A stretch of DNA of 64,000 bases from the human T2T-CHM13v2.0 reference genome, Homo sapiens: assembly GCF_009914755.1 (NCBI RefSeq), contig NC_060927.1. The stretch is one strand, 5' to 3'. Positions 36,788-49,609 of the stretch are shown in pieces. Position numbers and translations under genes: made by a program. Numbering within the stretch: position 1 is the stretch's first letter; every line of letters begins with the position of its first letter. The notes beneath the pieces are model-generated. The model saw only the letters and a list, made by a program, of their open reading frames with translations, ran no database searches and was not told where the DNA came from.

Positions 36788-38024
36788 TACATTGTGTAAT
36801 TTTCAGGGGACCAGAGGAATTGAACTTAGTTTAGTTTGTCATATCAGTGGGATTTTCCATGGTGACAAGTGGTAATTATTCTAAGATTATAAACCTTAAT
36901 ACACCTGTTTGTTGTTGTTGTATTTTTATTTTTTACAATTATAAATCTTGAGTATAGTTAAAATTTAGAAAATTTTTTTCAAAGTACTGTGTGGAATCGA
37001 AAGATATCTAAGACAATAGTCTTTCAAAGGTGCAGAAAGTAGATTCAATCTATGCAGAGAAAAGCAGATTTCAAAAAATATAACAGAAGAAAAACAGTTG
37101 GCTGAACTTACTATAAATACATATAGCTAAAAGGGGAAAAAGCAGAGGAGAAACAGTTATCTTCTGGTCTTGTAGAAGTTTAAGGTCTTGGTAGATATCA
37201 GGAACATGCAAAAGGTAATGTTTGTGTGTTCTCTCTCTCTCTGCCAATGCTTTAAAAATCTCTAGGGATATATCAAAGCTGTTTAAATAGAGTTTTAAAA
37301 ACATGACATGAGTTCATATTTGGGTTGACACTATTGACAAGTCAGTTTTCTCTTAATACAAATGATAGCAGTAGCAATGTTTGCATCTATCTATTTGATT
37401 GCAAGGAGGAAGAATTGAATAGAATTATTCCAAGGAAAAAATGGCTTTGTTATTGTTATTATTGACATATAAACTTTGATTGGAACTGTAAGCCTAAGCC
37501 TAGAGATAAATATTTATCTCTCTCAGTCATTGTTTCTCTGTGACCAGCCATCCTGTTTCTTATTCCAACCAGTTAAAGTTGTCTCCTTTCCCTTATTTTC
37601 TATGTCTTCATTATTCAGCTTGCCCATTCGTACATTTCATCTTTTCTAGATTATCTTTGTCCCATTTCTACATCACACAATTTTTCTCTAACTGGTATTT
37701 TAATCTTATATAAAAAATAGGAATCTTGTCTCTGTGGGAGAAAGAAGAGCATGCTTCTCTTAGAACAGCTCCTTTATTTGGGAGGACATGACTAATAAGA
37801 CTGAGGAACTTGAGATTAGGGCTGCTGAGCATCCATCACTCATTCATATTCCGTCTTTGTCTTGTTCTCTTGCTCTTCCTGTTTCTTAATCATTTCAGTT
37901 TATAGAGAAAGAAACCTTGATTTTTAACACCAACTTATTCTGGTTTTGCTAGAATGACAGATTGTTCAACATTCTTTTTTTGATTTATGTGTATGTTTAT
38001 CTACTACTTTAAGATTCATGGGGT

Positions 38025-38248
38025 TGTTATTTTTCAACTGTGGGTGATTTTGGCCCCCCAGAAACATTTGACAGTGTCTTGAAACATTTTTATTGTCAGC
38101 ACAGGGACATGGGTGCTACTGGCATGTAGAGTCCAGAAATGCTGGGAAACGTCCTACAATGCACACAACCTCCACATTAAAAAAATAATAATAATAAAAT
38201 AATTATCTGGCCCTAAATGTCAGTAGTACCAAAGTTGAGAATCTTTGC
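38025..38248. mobile_element. MER20 (hAT-Charlie MITE)
   Basis: 'gggtgctactggcatgtaga..ccagaaatgctg..aaacgtcctacaatgcaca...aattatctggccctaaatgtcagtagt'. Confidence 0.85.
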
Positions 38249-38466
38249 CATAAGGGAAGTGAAGAGTTTGAGATGAATTATTTTATTTATACTCAGTAAG
38301 GTTTTGAGTTTTTGTTTCCTTTACAAACTGTCTAATCTCTCAAATACACCCTTCCAGGTTCCCAGAACAAGGCATAATTGGTGAAGCTGATTTTGGGGCC
38401 AGACTCCACAAAACATAGAATTCTACCAATGTTTGGATTCAAGTTCCTTAGTCTTGTCTAAGCAGG

Positions 38467-38989
38467 TGAATGGGAGAAAAATTAATATCTTTTCCTTACC
38501 CATTGCAAGTGTCATGGGTGACACCCCATAAGACAAGACTGATTAACAAGAGAAAAGCATAACAAATTTATTTAACAAAGTTTTAGATGGCATGGGACCC
38601 TTCAGAAATGAAGACCCAGAGACCCAGGGAAAACTGTATTTTTATGCTTAGGGTCAATGAAGAATGGACAGTCATTGAGAAATGTGATTGAACAAAGAAA
38701 GGGGTATGATTTAATGGTAGTAAACTGGGAGGAACTCAGCAAATCTTGTTTGTTCAGATTCTTCTTGGCCCTTCTGAACAACACTTAATCACCTCTAGGT
38801 ATGGAGCAGGAAGCCTCTGGAATGAGGGTCTTATAATCTACGTTTGGGTGAGGGAGGTCAGGTAATTCCTTTATGACCATGCTTCACACCAGAAAGCCAG
38901 GGGAAAGTCAGAGTGAACTTCTGGCTTCTGTGGCTTTCTCAATTGCCCAAGGTGTCATATGTTGGATTATCATGTCCTGAGCCCTGACA
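38467..38989 (-). mobile_element. MER34/MER39-group ERV1 solo LTR
   Basis: Reverse-complement similarity to the 31841 and 49610 LTRs (ccttcagaaatgaagaccc); 4-bp TSD cagg/caga. Confidence 0.75.
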
Positions 38990-39032
38990 CAGACCGAGCC
39001 CTGACACAGATATGGTCCAATACAGCATCAGC

Positions 39033-39131
39033 TGTGATACATGATATACATATCATGTGATAGATGTGATACATGATATCCATATCATGTGATAGATGTG
39101 ATACATGATATCATGTGATACATGATATACA
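39033..39131. repeat. Palindromic 32-bp minisatellite (two full units plus partials)
   Basis: tgtgatacatgatat(a/c)catatcatgtgataga at 39033 and 39065, then shortened copies. Confidence 0.9.
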
Positions 39132-39330
39132 ACATGGGCATGTTAACAATCATGTTTTTAAAAGGTGGTGGGGAGAGTAATTTTTTTTTTAAAAAATGGA
39201 TATCATTAGACAGAAATCATAAAATATCTATAGAACAAAAAAAAGTATAATTACCTCAGTATTTACTACCTTTTTATTGATGAAAAAAAACCCAAATGGG
39301 TCTTGCATCATTTTTTTTTTATGATGATAT

Positions 39331-39953
39331 TGATACACAATGGCTGGGCTCCTGGCTAAACTCCATCCCCAAGCCTGGAACCTTGGCTCTAAGTGAAAGC
39401 AGCTGACCCCATTTTTCCTCCCAAATGACTGTTTTTTGTCCCGTCCTGCCCCCTATCCTGTGCCCATAAAAACCAGACAAACTGGCAGAGAAAAAAGAAG
39501 AAAAGAGCAACACAAGTGGCTGATTCAAGTGGTTGGGGATGCAAGCTGCTGAGCATTGGGAATACAGGCTGCTGAACACTGGGGATACATGAGGCTGAGC
39601 ATTGGAGACTAGCAATAGTTGTGTCTAACTTCAGACAGTGCGGCTTCAGGGAAAGATGACTTTCTTCCTGCACCATCCCCTTTCCAATTCCCCATCCCAC
39701 TGAGAGACACTTTTATCACCCAATAAAATCCTCCTTTCAAACACTACCCTTCAAATAGTTTGTGTGACCTGATTCTTCCTGGATACTGAACAAGAACTCA
39801 GGTGTCAAAAAGAGCAGGTGCTGGAGGCTGTCATCCTGACCCTTCACTGAGCTGTTAACACTTAGCTGTCCATGGACTACAGGATGAGTGAAACGAACCA
39901 CTCCAGTTCCTGCCCACAAATGGGTTCAAGGTCAAGGGAATAACCCCATGCCA
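39331..39953 (+). mobile_element. LTR1-family ERV1 solo LTR
   Basis: 'ggctaaactccatccccaagcctggaacc..ctaagtgaaagcagctgacccc', AATAAA at 39722; TG...CA; perfect 4-bp TSD atat. Confidence 0.85.
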
Positions 39954-40719
39954 ATATGACTCAAATTATTTTAGATATTCATTTCTCGTATTTCTGAGAA
40001 CCTTTCATTTTTATTAGCTTTGAGAAAAAGGAAAGACAAACAATGTAGTAAATGAATTGGTGACTTTCCTGTTCCTTAGGCACCCTGGAGGGCCATGACC
40101 CTCATTTCTAGAAACCTTCCAAAGCTTTTTTACAGAACGAATCTCAGAGCAAGAGTGCAGAGGCAAGGCAAGACATTCTGCTTAGATCCTAATATTCACT
40201 AGAAGAGGAGAAGGGAACTATCTTCCAGGGAGTGAGAAGGAACTTCCAGCTCCTTCCAGTCCTGTAATGACTAATGGAACTGGTGTGTGTTGTTCCCAGT
40301 TTACTGCATATTTGCCCCTGAGAATACAGTGATTAAAATGAATGATGAGCTGGAATTAAAACACTCTACTGTTTGGTACTATTTGTTTGTTGGGAAACAC
40401 TTGCTGACTCTAGCCCTCATTTAAATTCTAGCACAATTTAAAGCCCATGAGGTATGTGCAAGAGCCCAGAACATGACTTTGGAAAGGATTACTTCAGGTC
40501 CTTGCTTTCTCCCAGTCTTGGACTATGCAAATAGGGCAAGTCACTTAAGCATTTTGGGCTCTAATCTCAATGTCTTTATTTTGAAGGTAATACCTAGTTT
40601 TCAGCATTGTGCTAAGATTTTTAACAGCTTTTAACTGAGCTTCGATACTTTCTAGTTCTGTGAATGCTGTTTTGTTCTGTAATATTATCTGTCTACAGCA
40701 GATCAGCGTTATAGTTATA

Positions 40720-41121
40720 TCTACTTATATCTTTAAAAGGTATCTCCATTTGTAAGGATATCACTCTCTCTCTGTACCAGGAAAACACAGATGATTCTGC
40801 ATTGCCAAAGACTCTTATCAATGGGAAAGCATCAACTTAAGTCTGCATAACAAACTTTACCTTTGTTTACTCTGCATTTTATGGGCATCTCTCCATAACC
40901 AGCCCTTTCCACACCTTTTTTATTTCAGTGGACAGTAGTATTTAAACCTGAATTCAAAGTCACCTTGAGATTTACTCATTTCTTTGGGTATCTCTTCTAT
41001 CTACATGAAGTATATACATTACTAAATTTCTGTGTCTTTTTCTCTTGTCAATCTTTCTTTTGCAATCTATCCCATCTAAACACTATAAAATGTAGAGGAA
41101 AAATTAATTTTTCCCCCTACC
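40720..41121 (+). mobile_element. MER67-like ERV1 LTR fragment
   Basis: 'gggtatctc..tacatgaagtatatacatt..tttttctcttgtcaatct...gaggaaaaattaatttttccccctac'. Confidence 0.6.
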
Positions 41122-41255
41122 TGCCTCAATTTTCTCATTTGTAAATTGGGGAAGATTGTATCTGCTTCACAAAGTTTTCTTGAGATGTAAATGAGTTAAT
41201 GTCTGCAAAGCACTTAGGATGGTGCCTGTCACAAACGTGAGCTATTATTATTAAT
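41122..41255 (+). mobile_element. MIR fragment
   Basis: 'gcctcaattttctcatttgtaaattgggg...aaatgagttaatgtctgcaaagcacttagga'. Confidence 0.8.
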
Positions 41256-42022
41256 GCATGTTGAGCTTTCATCACAGTGCTTGACACCTGGCAATCATTC
41301 AGTCAATAGTAACTATTTTTATACACAGTCAGGTATCATTATTAATAGAAACGAAGAACTATATGGATTTATGGCAAGGGAGAATCTGAAAAATGAGCTA
41401 GGAAGGTTTGTTGTTGCCTAAATAAGCATATGCTTAGTGATAATGGTTAGGCTTAGTGGGAAGCCATCAGTTAAGCAGGAAAGATGAGGCAAATGAAGAA
41501 GGCTTTTCAGTAAACATGAGCGTCATACTGGTAAATTGGATGGAGTTTTCGCTGGAGACACAACTTGAAAATAATTGAACACTCTGTGAATATTTGTAAA
41601 GTAGACTTACCTTAATACTGTAAATGGCTCATATACATTTTCTGGCACAAATTTACACTGTATAGGTTTTCTGCACATTTGTGAATCCCCTTGCAGGGTT
41701 AAACCAAATGAACAGAATCCTTCCATCATGCTCATTTCTAATGCAACCTATATTGCTACCATAAGCAGCAAAATAAAATTCTTTGCATGCATCTGTACCT
41801 CACAAAGCAAGGAGAGAGGCATTTTGAGACAGATTGTTTAAATGATGAAATGGAGATCTTGAGATTACATAGTGGTTTTAATGACAATGATGCCTCATGT
41901 TGGCACAAGATTCCTTTTTTCAAAATGTATTCTTGTAACTAATCTCCTAGGATCTGCACAACCAAATAAAATATAAGTGGAGTTAAATAAAATTTGAAGG
42001 AGGCTATTGATTTGGACAAGGC

Positions 42023-42416
42023 TGTTAGACTAGGCCCAACAGACCAAACCAAAATGGAATTACTCACGCTAAACTTCCAAGTCACCAACTGAAACTAAGT
42101 TGTTTATCTGACCTTCCAAAAAATCAAGAGAGGAAGAAATAATAAGCAAAATATCAAACAGGTCAGTTTTTAGCCCGCATGATAAGGGAGTCTCTTCTGC
42201 TTTAACCTTTATAAGGGAAGTGACTTTGAAATTACTAATCTGCTTTTTGTTCTCAGTTGCTGCTTTCTTCAGCCCCTTTCTGCCTATAAAGCTAACCTCT
42301 GCTCAGTTCACTCATTCTGTTTTATAGGATGAGGTGTTGCCCGACTGATTCCAGAATTGCAGATAAAAAACAATTAAGATTTTTAGACTAAATTTGCTTT
42401 AATTTTTGTCTTTTAA
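42023..42416 (+). mobile_element. MER57-group ERV1 solo LTR
   Basis: 'ggcccaacagaccaaaccaaaatggaattactca', 'gaaactaagttgtttatctgacctt', 'gcctataaagctaacctctgctcag'. Confidence 0.7.
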
Positions 42417-42844
42417 GGGAAGGAATACAAAACTGTTACCTCCTCATTACAAACTGGAAAGCTGAGGCTTCTCTATCAGATATACACGAGAGATGTTTTT
42501 TAGCCTAACCTGTAGTCAGTGATTCCAGACTTCATTGTCATGTGGAATGTCTTCTCTTACTATCCATGTTAGCCCAGAGAACTCTCCTTGTGTAGACTTT
42601 AATCTGACTCCTTTAAAATAAATCCCTGCTAACCTTTCTTGCATCAGATGCTGGAAGACCTAAGTAAACAAGTCTACTTATTCTTCCCAACTACCCCTAA
42701 AGCTAGCAGTACCTGTAGACCTGAATCCTCTTTTCTTTAAATTAAGCTTCCTTCAATAGGTCTGAATTTATCACAAATCCTATAAATTTTACCTCCTCAG
42801 AAAAAAAATGTAGTTTACCTAACTCCTTGAGAAAAAAAAATGGA

Positions 42845-43780
42845 ATAATTGACTAATTAATTCAACTAACATTGACAATTGCCAATAGTATTAGAATCTT
42901 TTCTGTGTTCTTATACTCAGCCGTAAGCAGGAAATAGAAGATCACTGATCTTAGGTAATTTGCATAGTAGGGCAGGGAAGATAGGTGATAACCAAGAAAT
43001 TAAATAATTTTAAATTTTATTCAGCAGTAAGTTATTCAGGAGACTTAAAAAAAATGAATGTTCTGGAGTGTTACATAATATTACATTGAATGAGGCAAGA
43101 AGTTCTCCTGGAGGAAATTGCCTTTGAATGATGAAAAAGAAGTCAAACGTTCAAAAATCTGGGACAAAAAGGGGCTAAGTAAAGGAAAAATCAGGGCAAA
43201 GGTAAGACCCAGGGTAGTATATTCAAAAGATAAGGGAATTCAGTAAGCATAGACTAAGTAGAACATAGGATTAAATGAGAAGAATCAGCGTGTGAGACAG
43301 AGACAGAGACAGAGACAGGCATTATGTGGTCTAGTGAGGGATTTAGATTTTATTCTAAAGCCCAATGATATATAATGGCTTTAAGTATGGAAGAATTTAA
43401 TCTAATATATAGTTTTTAATAGATTTCATTGGCTGCTTTATGGAGAATAGATTACAAGGAGGCAAGAGTGGAGGTTGGGAATTTGTGAGGAGTTATTCAG
43501 TAGAGAGAGAGAGAAAAAGAGAGAGATCATAATTTAAATTTGTGGTGGAATAGTGAAGACTGAAAATAGACCAAATTAGGATAAATTATTCAATTGCCAG
43601 TACTTGATGATGGATTTCTTGTGTTACAGTTGGGATCAGTGATGATTGAAAGACAGGACTAGATGCTTCCTAGTTTTAGGATTTGAATAACTGGGTCGAC
43701 CCTATTGTTCTTATCAGAAATGGGAAAAAGGAAGGGTGAGAGAGAAGGTCTTGGGGCTGGGTGAGAATGAATAGTACTGT
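42845..43780 (-). mobile_element. L2 remnant
   Basis: 'gatttagattttattctaaag', 'ggctgctttatggagaatagatt..ggaggcaagagtggag'. Confidence 0.7.
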
Positions 43781-44554
43781 TTTTAAAAATTCATACTTAG
43801 AATTCACATAATATTTTAGATACGTTTTTACTTACATTCAGTGCAGATTGAATATAGTCTCCTTAAACTTGGGACTTTATTTCTATTAGATCAGTCTCAG
43901 GTTATGGTTGTTTACTTAGTAGTCATATGTAGAAAAACATTGTATTCAATAGCAAACTATGCATCCTCTTTGTGTTAGCCCTCCTGGCTGTTAGAGTTTA
44001 GTTCCATTTATTGTATTTAAGCCATTTTGCAACTCTTTGTAAATAGGTAACGGATAGATACATAAATTCTTTCCTGTTTAATAGTGATTTTAATTAATTT
44101 CCTCCTTCCTATGGAAAACCACTTCTATTCCCATTTGTAACATTTCCCATCCAAACTTTTTTTATTCTATGTAATTTTTGCTTTTTTGACTTTTCCTTTG
44201 AATCTGTTACAACATCTCCCTGGTTTCCTAATATCGTATGAGTAAAATAAAATCTTTAAGACTTGTTCATTTTTACATGTGTGTAAGAATCGTGATTTGA
44301 CCTTTATTTGAAAATTATCTCTTAATACATATCTCACCAGTGACTCATAGTGCTCTCATGATCAAATGATACCCCATGTCTTTATTGAATGGATTGCTGT
44401 TAACTTACATCTTCTAAATCCTGTGTTTATATAATGTGACTTTGACACATTTATTTCATATAATGGTAATTTCCCTGAAAAATGTTAGACTTTCATATGA
44501 ATCAGCTAGACTCAATCCTACCAATACAATTATAAATTCAAAAGGCAAATGACC

Positions 44555-44678
44555 TGGAAGCTGAGGCAGGAGAATCGCTTGAACCCAGGAAGCAGAGGTT
44601 GTGGTGGGCTGAGATCGTGTCATTGCCCTCCAGACTGGGCAACAAGAGCAAAATTCAGTCAAAAAAAAAAAAAAAAAA
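44555..44678 (+). mobile_element. 5'-truncated Alu (right-arm fragment)
   Basis: Alu right arm with poly(A); TSD aaag(g/t)caaatgac. Confidence 0.9.
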
Positions 44679-45322
44679 GTCAAATGACTCAGATTGTACC
44701 TCAGCACCAGGAACATTACATCTTCCAGGGGTAGGGGAGAATTTCTTAGCTGTTTTAACTATCAATCTTAGAGGTTCTGCAAGCCTTTTATTAAAATTCC
44801 AAACACTGCTGAACAACAGAATTACCTCGTCAATAACGAAAGACATCAATGAGTGTTTCCAAGCAAATTCACATTTTGTCTCTATTCTCAGAAGTGAATA
44901 CTTTAGTGGCTAAGATTCTGAGAGATTGCAACTCATTATTTTTTAAAGAAACCCTACTTAAAGCTATATTCTAAAACTATCTTTTAAAAATGATTAGCTT
45001 CTGACTCATAAATTGGAGTGGTTCCTGTTTTATCTTGTCAAGGAAGAAGAAAACAGATTTCATTGATGAGGAAAACATAAACATGGCATCTTTGGCAAAA
45101 GTGCTGTTTAAATATTTAGAAAATTATCATTCATAACTCAAAAAAGGTAATGATCTAATATCATTCCCAGACCAGTATTTGGGCAAACACTTTTCCTACT
45201 CATGTAACATTAATTGATAGTAGAGCGTTGTAGGGGAGGGCACGTTTTTTCTCTTTTCTCTGAGGGTTCAATAATTGAGTTTATGAAATTGAGAGTAGGC
45301 AGATTAACAGGAGAAAGGTATA

Positions 45323-45464
45323 CAGATGCTCTTCACCTTATGATGGGTTCACATCTTGATGAACTTATCGTCAGTTGAAAATGCATCTCAAGCCCTGATA
45401 AACCCATCATAAAGTCAAGAAATTGTCAATTTCAATTGAACTATAGTATGTTGAGGACTGTCTG
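45323..45464. mobile_element. MER47-like Tigger MITE
   Basis: TIRs cagatgctc.../...gaggactgtctg; TA duplicated at both ends. Confidence 0.8.
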
Positions 45465-45551
45465 TACAAATTTATTATATACATGGGGACATCACACAAA
45501 AGAAAAGTGAACACCCCAAAACCCAGGGAGATCTAGAAGCTTATATACTCT

Positions 45552-46145
45552 TGTTGGGGTTCAGAAAATAATATTCCAAAGTGAAGGCTTAAGAAACAGC
45601 CTCAGAAGCAAAGTGTCTCTCTGAACTTTTTTGCTCTCCTGCCTCTTGCCTCTCATTCTCTCCCAGGCAAGCCATAGAAACCAGAACCCCCTTTCCTCAA
45701 AGCCAGACATAAAACCTAAAATAATACTCTAATCTTCCCCCCACCATTCTGTGTAACAAGTGGTCATAAAGAAATTAAGACCCTCATTCCAGAGGGTTCC
45801 TACCCCATACCCAGGAGAAAGGAATACTGCACAGAGGGGCCAAAAAAAAATAGGAACAGATAAGCCTTATTGGGTTTTCCCTCTCAGTGTATTAACATTA
45901 GGTCATATCTTTTTTTCTCCAATCACAATTTTCTACAGAGCTCTTTAAACTTCACTGAACCTAAACATAAAAATGTGTAGTTTTCCCTGTGTATTTCGAT
46001 CTTCATTCTGAAGGCTCCTACGTCACACAAAGCTATGATCAAATAAAATTTTTATGCGTTTCTCCTTTTAATCTTAGTTATAGGGATGTTGGCCATGACC
46101 ATCATGATGGCGAGAAAAGGGATCAACCCCTTTCTGCATCCTACA
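45552..46145 (+). mobile_element. MER39-like ERV1 solo LTR
   Basis: TG...CA; homologous to 31841-32473; 4-bp TSD ctct/ccct. Confidence 0.8.
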
Positions 46146-47185
46146 CCCTCTTCATTAGAGAGGGGTAAGCGGGGGATGTAGGCGAACTTAGGGAAGTATA
46201 AATGATTTGGGGGAAAGATGAAGAGGCCCTCAGAAGAATAAGTACTACACTACGGCAAAGTCTGTCTGAGCATGGTGTCAACCTCCAGTGTCCTCTCCTG
46301 TGATACAAGTTTAATCTTCCCTGGTTAATGAGACTCCCGTGAAGGAGATTCATGATAGTTGAGTTCCTTTCAGAAGATCTGCTTTTAGACAGATAAAGGA
46401 AGTTCAGAGGAAGCTTCTCCCTTAATTTACTGTTCCTCAGGTCCCCTCAGTTTGAAATAATCAGCATAGAAAAGCAGCATATTTTGGGCTAGCATTTGCT
46501 GAACTACTCCAGCATTATTTAGTTCTGTAAGTTAATAACATTTAGAATATTACATCCTGAACATTAAATAAGAACAATTATTTTACAAAAATGAATTGTC
46601 CATTTATTTTATTATAATATCTTGACTTTAGACCAACCCTGTAAAACCGTAACAGTTATTTTAATATATTATAAATCAACTTTTGAAGAGATTATTTTAG
46701 AGAAATAGTAGGCATAAACAGAACTTTCATTGCAAGATGAGAATCTAAACAAAAAATCATAGATTTAATAATATATCTAAGGTAGTTATGATCTCTATGA
46801 GTATCACAAACATAAGTAGACTTATGAGATAGATTAATGATCACCAATTTTTTTCTGACATTATAATAATGCAAACTTAAATGTTACACAAAACTTCTCA
46901 GATGTAAAATGCTTTCTTGCTTAAACCTGCTTTTTCCAGAATAAATTGACATTTTTGGTATATTTTGGGCAATTTTTAAATAAAATATTTCCTTTGTCAT
47001 TGAGAGACTATAGACAACTAGACTTGAGGAGTTCTGGGGACTATGGGCTTCTCCTTTGTGTTTGTTTATCTGTAAAAGAGAAAATTTTAGTTTTATTTTC
47101 TGGAAATGTGGGGCTGCCTCCTCTGCTCCTTGTATTAGACAACATGTTGTATTGACTTTATATTCCTTTCGAATAAGCAAAAAAC

Positions 47186-47492
47186 AGCCAGGTGTGGTGG
47201 CTCATGCCTGTAATCACAGCACTTTGGGAGGCTGAAGTGGGAGGATTGCTTGAGTTTAGGAGTCCCAGACCAGCCTGACAGCATAGTGAGACCCCATCTC
47301 CACAAAAAGTTTTAAAAAATTACCTGAACATGTGGCACGTGCCTGTAATCCCAACTACTTGGGAGGCTCAGATGGGAGGATCACTTGACCCAGGGAGGTT
47401 GAGGCTGCAGTGAGCTCTGATTGTGCCACTGCACTCCAGCCTAAGCGACCGAGCAAGACACTGTCTCCAAAAACAAACAAACAAACAAAAAG
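47186..47492 (+). mobile_element. AluJ, (CAAA)n tail
   Basis: J-type 'ggaggattgcttgag' and 'gaggttgaggctgcagtgagc'. Confidence 0.92.
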
Positions 47493-49284
47493 TACAAAGC
47501 AATAAATGACAATTTTCTCACTTCTATAAATTCTCTACTTGAGGGTGAGATTCCTACAAGTTTACAAGTATTATCCACTTTAGCTTTAAGACCTACATTG
47601 TTCTGATGACTGGTGAGAAGACACATAGGCATGTCTTCGCCTTGCAGAGGAGTCTTTGTATGTTTTCTAGGGGCCATAACAAGGTCAAAAATGAAGTAAT
47701 TTGACACCATTTCTAATTTTTCCAGGATCCATGGTGATAAAGAATTACAACTGTCTTACTATATTTGGCACCTTAGGAGGCATAAATGAAACTAACATTA
47801 TTTCTAATGAAAGACAGTTTTCAAAGGATGTCTCTAAAAATTACATGTTCTTTTATTTTGGTACTATATGTAAGAACTATCTTCTGGGAAAGTGCACCCA
47901 GATAAAATCACGTGCTTCTTCTTTAAGGGGGAAAAAATAATGTTTGGTCAATCCCATTTGCTTCCCATGAAAAAAAAGTTAAATAATTGTATGGGGGTTT
48001 CTAGAGAGTCTTGACTCCATAACAAGTATTTTATAGAGAAGTTCTCTTAAATCAAAAATTGAACCAGGCAATGTTTAGTTTATGATTCTATTTCAAAAAA
48101 TTTTGCTACTTTTTTCTTTTACCTATCCTGCAAAGTGAGGGTGTTATAAGTTGACTAAGTAATGTAACACAGATTTTATATTTAAAAGATTTGGGAACAG
48201 GGAGTAATAAGAAGTTTTTTCACTCTCTTCTCTCTTAGTTTGAGCGCCAATCTCAGATTTCAGGAAAGTGTGTGGATAGTGAAGAGGAGAGGAGATTAAA
48301 GTGTACTTTGTTTCCCTGGAGGTCTCAGAGCTCCTTCGGAAGAAAAGTAGCTTAGATAGCCTAATATTTTGAGACAAATAACATGGAAGGCAACTGACGT
48401 AAGGTTTATTGTAAAATAAACTCCTTGATATTAATGTCAAAATAGGATAGATGTCTGGTCTACGATATTTGCAATTTAGTATGTTCTTATGCCTTTTGGA
48501 AAGAAAGGCTGAATTGTATCTTGCCTGGTTTCCAGCAAATGGCCATAGGTCAATTATTGCTCACCTGAATTACAAATTTTTTGAGGTAATTCTTTTTCAT
48601 TGATGTTATTTAGGGCATAAGTGGTTAGTTTGACAATTAGAACAAAAATATACTTAAAGAGGGTTTTTTAATTAAAAAAAAAAGATTGAGACTCTATAAC
48701 CTAAATATAGAAAATACTTAATGAATATATCCAAAAGTAATTTTAATCTTCACAGCGGTGAAATGGCCCAGGGTTAATTGTAGGTTTTTCAGCTAGACAA
48801 AGAGTTATATCCAAAGAGTACTGAAGAAATTGCTTAATATCAGCTTTTCCTTTAAGATTGGTGTAGGCTTAATGAATTTAAATTAGCATATAAGACAGAG
48901 ACAAAAAAATTAAATAATAATTTTCAATAATAATAAATAAAAATTAAATAATAATAATACATCATCTTAAAATATCAACTGAATTGACAGAAACTATATC
49001 CTTTTTAATAATTTTCCAAATGACAACTTCAGGAGATGTTGGAATAAGACAATGTATGACAGGCACAACTCTTCCAGAATAACTTCAATCTGTTATTGAT
49101 TGATCAACAGAGACCTGTGTTGATCAAACCCAGACTTTTCAGTTTTTGTAACCTAACAGTTTACTAATTTTTCAAAGAGAAGGAAGTAGAAAGGCTCTTG
49201 TACCAATATTTATGAGATTTTTAAGAATTTCCCCTCCAACTGAACTGATACTGATATTGAAAGCAAATTTACGCATTTTAGAAG

Positions 49285-49426
49285 TTTTTTGTTTTGTTTT
49301 GTTTCTGAGCTAGGGCCTCACTATGTTTCCCAGGTTAGTCTGGGAACCCCTGGGCTCAAGTGATCCTCCTGCATTGCCTCAGCCTCCCAAGTAGCTGGGA
49401 TTACAGGCACACCATCATGCCCAGCT
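49285..49426 (-). mobile_element. FLAM (free left Alu monomer)
   Basis: Single monomer 'ctcactatgtttcccagg...gggctcaagtgatcctcctg...gggattacaggc'. Confidence 0.85.
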
Positions 49427-49609
49427 CATGTTTTTTATCTTATTTTTTCATCTTTAAAGAGAAGACACAGTAGAATTTCACAATTATCTGAAGAAAAAAA
49501 ATCAGTATAATTTTTGGCATCATTTTCAAATTTGACTTTAAAAAACTGGTTAGTAACATTATGAAATAAATTCTTCTCTAGATTTTTTGAAAAATATTAT
49601 ATTATTAAC

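Larger units (their letters stand above)
45229..46514 (-). mobile_element. MER31-like ERV1 LTR, host of two nested insertions
   Basis: 'tgtaggggaggg', 'gcagattaacaggagaaaggtata', resumes at 45465 and 46146; 'gatctgcttttagacagataaaggaagttcagag'. Confidence 0.7.

Noticed and set aside
38025-38989. MER20 next to a MER39/34-like LTR, recalling the decidual prolactin promoter
   Set aside because: No prolactin coding exons are recognisable anywhere in the window, and both repeat families are common.
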